A DNA stretch of 64,000 bases from Selaginella moellendorffii. Its lineage: Eukaryota > Plantae > Lycopodiophyta. How positions within the stretch are numbered: the first letter of the stretch is position 1; each line of letters opens with the position of its first letter. The DNA lies in the NCBI RefSeq assembly GCF_000143415.4, contig NW_003314285.1:771370-835369 (forward strand). Reading direction: 5' to 3'. Made by a program: the position numbers and the translations under genes. This document shows positions 47,363-59,655 of this stretch, piece after piece. The notes beneath the pieces were generated by a model. It was not told the DNA's origin, made no database searches, and was given only the letters and a program-made list of their open reading frames with translations.

Positions 47363-49782
47363 ATGATAGCTCGGCCCACGAATCCAATGGTTTCCTCTTT
47401 GCTCAATGAGATGTACCACGTAACTACAGCGTACGCGTACTGGAAGGCTGGCAAGCACCTCGATCGCGCAGTGTAATCCAATTTCGATCCTTTTCTCTCG
47501 CCGATTCGGTTCGTTTCTTCTTCCAGCTTTGATCTGTGCCACTGCAAGCCTCCATTCGGGGGCGAATTCACAGTCTTCGCGGGGCTGGAGGAATGCCTTC
47601 GTTTCGTTGCCAATTTCGGGTTTGAGGACTCTGGGATCGATTACTTGCGGAGTGTCATGCCTTCTTATGTGGAGGTAGTGTAAGTTTTCTCGATCGCGTA
47701 GAGATCCTCTAGTGAATTTTCCAGGAAGAGTTCTTCGGGAGCTTGAAAGAGCTCGACTGCTCGCGAGTGATCATCCATGCGATTCCAGAGGGAACAGTGG
47801 TTTTTCCGCGGGTTCCATTGATACGAATCGAGGGGCCTCTTTGGGTAAAACGAAAAAGGCCTCATTTTTCTTCGTAGTGATCTTGGTCTTGCAGGTGGTG
47901 CAATTGCTCGAGACAACTTTCTTGGCGCTTGTGAATTACGCATCTCTCGTCGCTACAAATGCCGCAAGATACAGGCTCGTTGCCGGAAGCTCCAAAGTTT
48001 TGCTTGAATTTGGCCTTCGTCGAGCCCAAGTAGCTAAAGTTTTCCAGAGCTTTCACAGAGAACTCGATCTAAACTTTTGGTTTCTTCTAAATTCCAGGGC
48101 CCAGATGGTAGCATCAGTGCATCGAAGTACTGCTACTTGGGTGGCTTTGACTTCACAAGGTGGTCCAGCTTTCACGAATTTTCTTCTAGAAATTCTGTCT
48201 CTTTACAGTAATCTCGAGGCTGGACGGCTTTTTGGAGTACCAGTGGGTGGAACACATTCGCATGCTTTCGTGAGCTCATTCATGGTAAAAATCTCATCCT
48301 CCGATATTCACATGTTTTTTATTTTTTTTTTCTGTTTCCATGGTTTTGATTTTAATAACAGGGCCTTGATGAGATTGCGTTGTCTCGCACTTCTGAAAAT
48401 ACAAAATTTTGCAAAGACTTTGGCACGAGGATACAGCATTGGCTTAGCAAACTCAAGGCAAAGTTTTATTCTTTTTTCTCTGTTTATTTGTTATATTTTT
48501 GTCTTCATTTTTGTTTTGTTTTTCTTTTTTTTTCAGGCCGTGGAATCTCTTCATGTAAAAGAGACCAACGAGAGCGAACTCGCGGCATTTGGATCGTATG
48601 CATTGGCATTTCCGGAGGGATTTCTTGCCCTCGTCGATACATACGACGTAAATACATACATCTTAAGATGGTTTTGACCTTTATTTTCAGGTGATGAAAA
48701 GTGGCGTTCCAAACTTTTGTGCAGTTGCATTGGCACTCCATAGCCTGGGGTAAGCTTTTCATTGCTAAACTCTGAAAATTATCATTCCTTCAAAGCTAAT
48801 TCGTACATGCTTAACATAAACTTTGGTATTAATCTCAGATACAAGGCCCGTGGCATACGCTTGGATTCTGGAGACCTGTCGTACCTCTCAAAGCAAGCCA
48901 GGGCTTTCTTTCGCAACGTCGAGGAAGAACTCAACATCTCAGGCTTTGGAAACACAACGATAATCGCGAGCAATGATATAAACGAGGACACCATCGACGC
49001 TTTGACAAAGCAGGCAAGCAGCAGCGTTTCAAAGATCACAAAATACCTCGTTGAATCAGCGATTGATTTGATTCCTCAAAATTTGCGTCCAGGCTGACGA
49101 GATCAATGGGTTTGGGATTGGAACTCAGCTGGTGACGTGCTACAAGCAGCCAGCGCTGGGTTGCATTTACAAGCTCGTGGAAGTAAATGGCCACTCCCGG
49201 ATCAAAATCTCCGAGGACGTGGCCAAAGTCACCATTCCTTGCAAGAAACAGTGCTACAGGCTTTACGGCGAGCAAGGCTTTGCTTTGGTAGATTTGATGC
49301 AAAAGGACGAGGAGCCGGCTCCTCAAGTAAGTTGTTTTCTCCCAAATCGGAGAGATTCTAACAAGGAGAGTGATGTCTCCTCTCTCAGGTTGACGAACCA
49401 GTTCTTTGCCGGCATCCATTCAATCTCAACAAAGTTTACGTGGTTCCAAAACGAGTGGAGCCTCTGCTCCAGTGCTACTGGAAGGGATCACTAGGCAAGT
49501 TGGTAAAAATCCATCGTTTTCCTCAAGTTTTTCTTCAAATTTACAGAAAAAGAATTGCCATCGCTCAAAGAAACGCGAGAGTACTGTCGCCAGCAGCTGG
49601 CTGCAATGCGTCCGGATCATATGCGAATTCGTAGTCCAACATCTTACAAGGTTTGAGAAGAATTCTTTCTCTCTCTCTGAGCTCTAAATATTTATCACGA
49701 ACAGGTGAGTGTGAGCGCCCAGCTCTACGATGACTTCCACACAGCCTTGTTCAACGAAGGTCCTGTCAAAGAGCTAAGATAG
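47363..49782 (+). CDS. NAPRT: Nicotinate phosphoribosyltransferase, divergent, multi-exon
   Basis: [76 protein letters not shown] and YKVSVS. Confidence 0.9.
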
Positions 49783-49891
49783 CAATGTCTCTTGGTTAAT
49801 TGTTTTTTTCGCGAAAAACCTTGTGTACCATTTTTTTTTCCGATATAACATGAAAGCTACCGGCCATTGCTTCGTACTTTTCCTAGGGTAG

Positions 49892-51286
49892 ATGGATCCG
49901 AGATGGAGGAGGAGGAAGAAGAGTGTTGTTGGATCCAAGTTTGGGTTTCGTGGTTTTGTCTATCTGCTGTTGGGCCTGGGATTGATGGCGCTGCTGCCGA
50001 TCTTCTTCTTCTACAGCCGCTTGAATCAAGTAAGGAAGTTTGTGACAAAATGTAGATGAAAACTTTGTTTCGTTTTGCTATAGGAAGGATCGAAAGAATG
50101 CGAATGGATAGAGAAGCCTCCGCTAGTTTGTGCTCACGGTGGTGACACCTCAAGAGCTCCTCCTAACACTGTAAGAATTTCTTTTCTCACTTCATCTGGA
50201 TCTATTGTTCCATTTCTTCTTTTCATCTATGACTTTATTTTCTTACAGCTTGTAGCTTACAAGCTTGCTCTAGATGCTGGAGTTGATTGCATGGAGATTG
50301 ACTCATCGCAGACCAAAGATGGAGTTTTGGTGGCCTTGCACGACAGGTAAGCTTTCATCTAATGCTTTGCATCTTAAAAAAAAACCATTTTTTCTTTTGT
50401 TTTGGTCATTTTCAGAGAGCTGAACGACATGGCTAATACTTCTGGCCTTCGTGTTGGTGATCTCACCTTTGAACAGGTGCAAATATTGTTTCTTCGATTG
50501 GAAAGCTTTGTTCTTAAACTATTTCTAGTTCCAGATTCAAGAGCTCAATGCTGCTCGTGGCTTTCCTGACGAGTTTCAAGGCCAAAAAGTCCCAAGCCTC
50601 GAGAACGCATTAAGAGTGAGTAATTCTCTTGTTCACTTTTGTTTTCTAGCCTCACCTTCGTGCAGTATGTTTCCAGATTCCTCAAACATGTCGTAGTCGA
50701 TGTCAAAGTTGGGCCGTCGCTGCGTGCAAAAGATCTTGCAGCTGAAATCAAGTCCACGGTATTACAAGTTTCAATTTAAGCTGGTGCTTTTCTTATAAAA
50801 ACACCTCTAAACAGGTGGATAGAACTCACTGCAGGAATTGCATCGTCTGGTCAAAGGTAGACGACGTTGTTCGTTCCTACAAACGTGAATCACAAGCATG
50901 GGTGAGACTAAACTCCATAAGAAGAAAAAACTTGGAAATCACTCTGCTTGTTACTGTTTCAGGCAGGCTACATTGTCATGGACACCCAAAAGATGAGAAA
51001 ACCTCTGAGGATAAGCTCCGCTACCGTTGTTGGAGTTTTCCATGGGCTCATCGACAAAAGAATGGTTTCTACAATTCACAAGTGCATATAGTCTCTCTTG
51101 AAAGTTACCATTTTCTGAAGTTTCCATTTTCGCAGGGCCGACAAAGTGGTTTATGCCTGGACTGTGAACGAAGAAGCCGATATGCTGAAAATGCTTCATC
51201 ATGCTGTGGATTGTATCATCACTAGCCAACCACGTTTACTCCAACAAGTCATGGAGCGAGAAAGATCAAGCTGCCAATTCATCTAA
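49892..51286 (+). CDS. GDPD4: Glycerophosphodiester phosphodiesterase (GDPD4 type), multi-exon
   Basis: N-terminal TM, PPLVCAHGGD, DCMEIDSSQTKDGVLVALHDR, VDVKVGP and VYAWTVN. Confidence 0.88.
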
Positions 51287-51537
51287 GATCAATAGCTCGT
51301 TTACTTCGATTTTTTTTCATGGCCAAAGAAAGAAGAGAACGAAAGAATGTATCGAAAACCAAAACGATTCGTTTGTACTTCTTAGCTATTGTACAGATGG
51401 TCAATCAATCTCTGTGTATCTGTGTGTCTGCGTGTGTCTGCGAACACAACTAAAAGCTAGATAGCACTGGTTAGAACAAAGTAAGTTTTGCGACTCCACC
51501 AACAAACCGAGAGAAGCGAGCGAGAGGAGAGTTTTCT

Positions 51538-53093
51538 TCACATAGTGATCTCCTCCAAGTCGGATGCCGATGGGTCGACTTGGTTGCTCCCGTCCGCGCC
51601 TTCCGGGAGCTCCGTGTCTGTAATCTCTTCGTCGTTGTCAGTGTTGGCTTCCTCGGCATCGCTGCCACCACCTCTCCCAAACTCCGGGTGGTGGTGCTCT
51701 CGAGTCACCTTCGTGAGCTCCTCCTCCATGGGACCTTCCGAGGCCATTTCGTCCATGTCCATGGCACAAGGCTTGACGTTCCTAGAAACGCAAACGCGAT
51801 GACAATGTGTGTCTCACCAGAAGCTTAGAACTGTACCTTGGCTGGTTTAGATTTAGAGTGTGGTTTTGTGGGATGGTCGATCCCTTTGACGTAGGCGCCA
51901 TGTATCTATACCACGACCTCAGGGTCTTGGCACTGATGTTTTGGTGACAGAACCACACCTGGGAGAAAAAGAAAGATGTTTTGAGAGCTTAAAGCTTTTA
52001 TAGAAAGACTTACATTCGAACGAGGCTTGCTGATTGGCGTTAGAAACAATCGCCGCGGCTCGTCCTCGATGGGCTTGGATGGCAAATGCATGTAGTACTT
52101 ATCCAGGCATTCGACGACGTCCAGTTCGAAGGAACGGACGATTTCTCGGAAAACTTCTTTGTTTTTGAACTTCATTGCCCGGCGTTCGTCGTATCTGCAC
52201 AAGTCAGTGAACGTCACTACGATGAAAACATAGCAGACGATACTACTTACTCCCAGAAAATGTTTCCTTTCTCGTCAGAACTCCGGCGAAACTCAAGGTC
52301 GGTGGTGTCATAGAGCTCCATATAGCCAAATATTCGAAATCTGTGAATGAGGTAGTAGCAAAGCCGCCTGGCCAGACCATGAGCATGCGTCGTCTGATTG
52401 GCAGGATGATGCAATATGTCCTCTTCAGATGCAGGGCCCCTGTCGTTTACTCTCCTCTTCTTTGCACTACCTCCGTGAATGATGCTGTATTTCATGGCCT
52501 CTAAACATGCTAGCCGAGCCTTCTCGAAGATGATATCCTTGCTTGCATCAACAGTAGGCCCGTCGTACTTGCCTTGCAAATAGAGTGATCTGTAGTGAGA
52601 GCGCAATATCCGAACAAAAGCCCGAAACATACTCTTCAAACTGCCCAAGAAAACCACGATTGTCTAGGAACAAGAGCAATGAAGCTACCTTTCAGAAGGA
52701 AACAAACTCCCGTTGCGTTTCTTTACCATGAGAAAGAATTTGACCAGGCTATCAGCAAACTCGTTCAACGGCATATCTTCTATCTGCTTTTCTGGCAAAC
52801 CTTGCTCTTTTCGCCATTCCATGTAGTGGCGCCTGCAAAAAAGAAAAAAAGGAAAAAGCGCTCTAAACACCACGCGGAAAGAAGAAAATGAACTAACCTG
52901 GCCCATGTCATTACACCAGAGTTTACTTCCTCGGAGTTTTCCACTTTACGTTTGTCGCCAACAAAATTGAGCATTTCCGAGCCCAATGGACTGCATGCAG
53001 CAGATTCTAAAGGCCCAGGTGTTAAAAGCGCGTCATCCTTCCTATCAGCCATATGACTCTCACCAATAATCCCTTCCTCTTTCTTGTCGGAAA
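51538..53093 (-). CDS. DUF3504/Crypton tyrosine-recombinase-like (ZMYM/QRICH1/KCTD1-like) protein, multi-exon; 5' end uncertain (ATG at 53052 or spliced to the upstream gene)
   Basis: LVKFFLMVKKRNGSLFPSE, SLKSMFRAF, VVECLDKYYMHLP...LFLTP, WFCHQNISAKTL and QNHTL. Acidic tail. Clean GT-AG exon frames. Confidence 0.6.
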
Positions 53094-53129
53094 CTGCAAA
53101 AGTATAAGAAGTATATGAGTCCCGGACGA

Positions 53130-54286
53130 TTGCAAACAGTTTAGTTGAGAGCAACCAAGCAAAACTTTCGACATACGACCTGAATGCACACTTGTATACG
53201 ACTTCTCCTGGTATCTACCTTCTACTTTGGTGGTCCTCCCATAGCGATTAGCTGCCGCAAGCTTCAAAGCCGATGAACGAGTAGAATTTACTCTTCCTTC
53301 GCTACAGTTGATAAGTGACCTGGATGGCTTGTTACAAGAAAACTTCTGCGGTTAATAACCAGACCAGCCTCCTAGTAAACTGATCCTCCTACCTGAATAA
53401 GCGTCGCCAGAGGAGGAGAAACATCAGGCCGCCAGTTTGTAGCTTTACTCGAGATGAAGTGAACGGAAGTTGGCTTGCCCTGTACAACAGCATCTAGTAC
53501 TTTGGCACATTTTTCCTGTAAGACGCAACACTCACGTAAACCATTGAAGTAGTCAGCTAGACACACCTTTTCCTCCTTCAAAGCTCTCTCGAGATGAGAA
53601 ATTTGACCCTTGGCTGCAAAACAACAAGGATAAGCTATTATTCCACGAGGGGAAGCTAATTTACCATGCATAAGTGAGTCAAACAACTCCCAGGCGAGAG
53701 TTCCCATCGTATCGTTTGCGCAGCGTCCTTGAGAGAGTTCCAAGTCGAGGGCAACCTCTCTGGCCGCCCCGTGCACATTGATCCAAGTCTTTAAGCGCGC
53801 ACAGGAAGCACCTACACGAGAGAAAAGTACAGAGAGTTACGTAACACGTAAAATTCAATCGCGCACCTTCTCCTCCCACAGCACTAGCTGGTCCTCCCAG
53901 CTCGACTTTAACTTTGCTCGATGAAAACCCATCGTGCAAGCCTTGAAGATACGTGGTAAATCCATCCTTGATGCCAATCGACTCTTTCTGTATCCATGAA
54001 GATCACGATCGCGATCAAACAAAAAAGAAAAAGGAAAGAAGCTCACCAGATTATTGAGGTACTCGCAAGTGAAGCTCCCGTGCCAAGTGTTGTAGTGAAA
54101 ATCCGAGGTAAGGACATGCAAGTGCCCGGAATTGGAAGGATGGATGTAGAACAAGAATGGCATCAGTGCCGCATTGCGTGCGTGTGGAGAAGCCGGATCA
54201 AGCTGGCCCTGCGCCTTGTTGCAAACTGCCCTAAAGCCGATGAGAGGGCAAGGCTCGCCATCGTTCTCCATGATGTGATCCTCCAT
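53130..54286 (-). CDS. XRCC4-superfamily head domain, plant PAXX-like (At5g64010-like), multi-exon; 3' end uncertain
   Basis: PFLFYIH...HLHVLTSDFHYNTW, ESIGIKDGFTTYL...SKVKVEL and MGTLAWELF, followed by a coiled coil. Confidence 0.6.
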
Positions 54287-55794
54287 GCCGCTCGCAAAAT
54301 GCTGCTCCAAATCCCTCACATTCTTGTCCTGGATTCCGATTCACGACAAACCCCACTCTGCGCAATGGCGCTGCGAGCAGCGCCGGGCGGACGATTCTTG
54401 AGCGAGGCGAGGAGATTGTGATTGCGATTTCCTAGGCGTGCCGCAGCAATCGGTAGCGACGATCCAGAGCGCCTCAGCACCTCCATCGCTTCTTCTTGTG
54501 CTCGAGCCCTAGCGCCAAACGAAAAATACCCAGGTCCCTTGTCATCTCGATCCAACGGCTCTCACAACCCTAATTCCGGAATCGGAAGCCATGGCTGCTG
54601 GCCATGGCTAGTCCTTTATCTCCTTTGCCTCGCCTTCGCCGATCCCAGCCGTTGGATCATCTTACTCTTCCGGAAGACCGAATCCCAACCATCCACAATA
54701 TTATGGTTTCTCATGCAATTAGGTTTTCTTGTAAGTTGTTAAAAGGAATATGTAGTTGCAATAACTCTAAACTTACTAAAAAGAAGTATTTACTCATATG
54801 CAAAGGTAAGGTAAAATTATATGTTTTTCATATTTTTTGATTTTCCATTTTTATTTATTTTTGTGTTTATTATTTTTTGTTGTGTTATCTATTATCATGG
54901 AATATCTAGCCTTGGTACTCACATGATACATGTAACCCAAATCAATATCATTTAATTATTTTTGTGATGTAATACATTAATAAAATATATATTTAATTAT
55001 GGAAAAAGTAAATATTCTAAATTATCCCTAATTAATAGCATTTAAAATAAAAAATTATCTAATTTATTGCAGATTTAAAACAATAGTTTAACTATATTAC
55101 TTAATATATTAATGAATATCATATACTCAGTAAAATTAATTTATATAAGTTATTTAGAACTAAGGGTATTTATGATATGTTTGGCAACTTGCCAACATAT
55201 GGTGGTTGGTGATGTGTTGTACTGCAAAATAATTAAACATATCTTTTATTAAAGTAGCAAAATAACTAAAAGATATGAACCTTAGTTACATGATTATATA
55301 TAACTTTAAATTGTAAAATAATTCTTTGCATTATCATGCAATTTTTCTTAATAAACTATTAAATATTAATATTTAATTTATTATAGATTTTAAAAGTAAT
55401 TTAATTCTATAAATTATTTTAATAATGTTATGAATACCATGTGTATTTATTTAGTAAAATCAGTTTATATAAGTTTTTGAACAACTAGTCTTTAGTATAC
55501 ATGTAAACTTATTTTCTTAATAATATTAATAAAAACTACAATATTAAAACAAATAGATAAACTTATAAATCATAATAAAAATTTATAATATCAAACTTAC
55601 ATTGCACAAATAAAAATAGTAATGTATTTTATATTTATTATACACTTTCTAAACTATATACTAAGCTTAAAATAATTTCAAGCTAAATATAGATTCAATT
55701 ACTTGATACTAAATGTTTTTTAATTAATAAAATAAAATAATTATCATTAATATACATAGTAGAGTTTATAAATATATGTACGTATACATATATA

Positions 55795-58002
55795 TTACTC
55801 TACCTAAGTAACTAATTAATATACTAATTATAATACTAAAGCATATGGATTGTTTATTTGGAACTAAATGTAGTCAATTCATTCTTATATATAAGCAAGG
55901 GTTTAAACCTCAATTAATGTATCTATTCCTGGTGGAGGTGAGGGACATTGCAATTTGTCCTTAAAGGGCAAAGCTTTTTAACAATGCTTTGCTCAAGTGT
56001 TCGGGATTGTGTTTTTTATTCTTATTTCTTCATTTTTTTTAAAATTTAGATTTGTATTAGCTTTTTGTAAGATTTAAAATTTTAGCTATTGTTGTGCTTA
56101 GATTTATTCTTTCTTTTGATCTTCATTACATTTTCTTCTTCCACCATATTACGTCATCATTAATTAAGGAGTATGTCATTTAAGGTTGATAATGCTATTC
56201 TATTAGATTGAACTTTTAGTGTTGTAAAGTGTGATTATGTTGGTGTTGCATCCATTTTTGGTGTGTTACTGTCTTCAACTTTTGTGGGATATGATTACAC
56301 AACTTGTTTTATTCTTGGTGTTTTGCCATTTCTTGTCAATATAAAGTATGATTATGATATCTGACGAGTTATAGATGATGTAGTCTGGTTCTTGGAGAAT
56401 TTTCCAGGATCAAGTTTATGGGAAGACAATGTGTTTAAGCTTGAGTGAATTCTAGATTGTTTTGCAAAGCTTAATTATTATAAAGATAACTTTGGAAATA
56501 AAGTGGAAATTTCATAAAGTATGTATCAATCCTTCAATTTGCCATTTGATCTTTTTTTTTTACCTTTTGCTTTTTTCTAACCTTTTCTCATTTCTCAACC
56601 TAAATCACCTTTTTATATTTCTAGTATTTCTTCCTCATTTGTAATGTTTTTTTTTCCTAGCACATTCATCATTTATGACTTTTATTATTCTTATTTTCAA
56701 TTTAGTGTTGACATGGGTGTTTTATATCCTCCCTATACTAATCTAGATATTATATATATATGTATGAAGCTAAGAATCTTGCTTTTGTTTCATTAGTAAC
56801 ACTTTTGATTAGTTCTAGTGTTAAATAATCCCCTATTCCAAAAGTTAAATCATTTTGCTAAAGTTTTAATTTGAGTGCATATCCTTAATTGTGAGTGCCA
56901 TTAATAGCCTTTTTTTTATTGTTCTTACTGAGGAGTTTATATGTTTTTTTATGAATGTGGACATTTTTATTGATTCTCCTGTTTTAATTGTTAAGTTATA
57001 TGTTAAAGAGGTTGAATGGTGTGAATCTTTTCCTTATATTATGATAACCGAAGTATTTTATGATAGAAAGTCATCTATTTTTTAAGCTTTGAGCATATGT
57101 TCTTTTTTTTATTTCTCTATTTCTGAATTGCCAACTATTGGAAATTCCTTTTTTAAGGTTTCTTTATCCACTTTTTCTTCTTCTACAATGGTTTTACTTA
57201 ATTCTTTTTGTTTTTTCCTTTATGCTTTGACATTTCAAATTTTATTTTCTTCAAAGGAGGGGGTAGAAGGGATGGATGGGAGTTTGACCCCAATGATACA
57301 ATAAAGATGAGTGAATACAATAATGGAGCAAAGACGAATAACATGGATTGTGAAGTGAAGATGAATATAGCAAATTTGAATAAAACATATAGCTCTAATG
57401 CAGTGAAATCAAATAGATGTGATAATGGAGTGAAGCCAAATATAGATGGCAGAGTAAGGACAAGTGCAATAAGTCTAAATGGAGCTAATGCTTTAAAAAA
57501 AAATTTCCTTCAAGGAGGGGGTAAAGATGTTATGGAAAACAAATGGAGTGAGTTCAATTTTCTATATGCAATGCTAAATAAAGATGAATAAGTAGGTTCT
57601 ACTTATGGTCGTGAGTTTGAGTTAAATGTAATTTTAAAGGATCATTAATAAAAAAAATTAAAGATGAAAAATATTATTTGTTACAATAGTGTTTTATGGA
57701 TTGTAGTGGCTCTTGAAGTCCTTTGCTTTAATTCAAAATTATGGCTTCAATATTAATTTGAGCATTTGACAATTGTATATGGAATTTTAATTAATTCATT
57801 AGGATTTCGTAGTCGACTAATGTTTATGCCATGGCTATGGGTTTTGTTTTAGTCATAATTGTCAAGAACTTTATTAATAGTTTTGTGGGAGTTTTAGATT
57901 CCTATAGTAATTTATAATTGTCCAACAAAAGTTTTAAATATTGCACTTAATTTATTGTTTTATCACCCTTTCATCTTCCCGAGGGGAGGATGGTGTAAGG
58001 TT

Positions 58003-58033
<31 letters not shown>

Positions 58034-58135
58034 TACCTTACCTAGGTAATACACTAATTATAATACTAAAGTATATAGACTGTCTATTTGAGATTAAATC
58101 TAATCCATTAATTCTTATGCATAAGTATGGGTGTA
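55795..58135. repeat. ~110-bp diverged direct repeats (55795-55900 and 58030-58135); possible ancient LTR relic
   Basis: Both contain tactaattataatactaaag. A PPT-like gaggggaggatgg-TGTAAG lies near 57980-57998. Confidence 0.4.
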
Positions 58136-58404
58136 TATAACTAATCCTATATCCTAAGCACTCACACACTACAATTCAAAATTGTATAGAAATTGTTTAA
58201 AATTAATTATTTAAAGAAATCACAAATATGTTTAGCAAGTAAGAATTTACAAAATATGGTAATTTTTAATTTTTACAAATAATATTTTCGATTATAATTT
58301 ATTAAGTTTTTTTTATTTTTAAGGTTTTTGGAACTAAATATATTATTTTTAATAATTTAATTATATATATTTATGTATACTTATACATACATACACACAC
58401 ACAG

Positions 58405-58695
58405 ATAATGCTTTATTTTGTTAAAGTGGAACTTTTCATTATCCCACTTATGGTGTGTGGCCACATGCCATTTTTATAACAACAATAAAAAATTGAAATT
58501 TTAGCTTTATAATTTATAAATTAAAAACTTTTCATATGATTTTGTGTTATAATATTGTGAAATATAAAAAATAAATTAAAAAACTGATAGAAATATTAAT
58601 AAATATTAATTAAGTACTAGGAAATGGCATGTGGACACATGCTAATTAATGTCCCACTTTACTGAATAAGTTCCACTTTAACGAAATAAAGCATG

Positions 58696-58697
<2 letters not shown>
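58405..58697. mobile_element. MITE-like element with long TIRs in a TA/CA microsatellite
   Basis: atgctttattttgttaaagtggaactt pairs with aagttccactttaacgaaataaagcat. Inner inverted repeat ccacatgccattt / aaatggcatgtgg. Confidence 0.75.
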
Positions 58698-58728
<31 letters not shown>

Positions 58729-59655
58729 AAATATGTTATATTTATTTGTTGAAGAATTTTCAATTTTAAGTAATAGCATGAAATATGTTTTATATAGTTG
58801 CAAAAGTTTATTCTTTAACAATTAAAATATAGTTATATTAGCATTCACATTTTAAAAATACTAGATGAAGGTTTAGTTTGAGTCTTTATAATATATAATA
58901 ATCACAGAAATTATATATATTAAAAAAAATACAAAATGTATAATTTATTTAATATTATACTTTAAACATTTTAAGACACTATAATATAGTTATTGGTGAA
59001 TTTTTAATATCAAAAATATTTTAAAAATTTTAAGTCTTTTATCAAAACAATTTTGATGTATTTTTTAATTTTGTATCTTCAAAGAAATTGTTTTTTGAGA
59101 TCACTCTTTGTTTTTTTATAGTCATCATGTTTACTTTTTGGTGTAATTAAAAATTTATTTAGTTTTAAAATAATTATTAATAAATTTAGAAATTACTTAA
59201 ATTCATATATTTTAGTGAGTATACATGGTGAAAATTTATATCAAAAGTCCTTACCAAAATGTTAAAGATAGTAAATACCATTGTATTATGTATTTAATTT
59301 AAGTTGAGTACTGTGATGGTTTAAAATTAAATATTCAATTTATTAAACAAAATAATCTAATTAGTTTTTATTTTATCACAAAATTTAAATTATTATAATT
59401 ATCTATTTTATAATTATATATATTATTTAAAATACACAAATATTGATTTAATGCAATATACACTAAATTATTAATTTTTAAGCAGTGTCAATATAAATGT
59501 CAAATATCGCTGTGTGTTTCTTGTAAACATTTCCACAGATCATTATATTAATGAAAAATTCCGTTAAATACATTTTATAATATAACTTCAGATTTTAACT
59601 ATTGAGAAACAAAATAAATAAGTTTGTTTTGTTCTTCTTCGTATAGCTAGGGTTT

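Noticed and set aside
57208-57591. 127-aa Asn-rich ORF in the AT-rich spacer
   Set aside because: Lies between PPT-like tracts in decayed repeat DNA; no family evidence.
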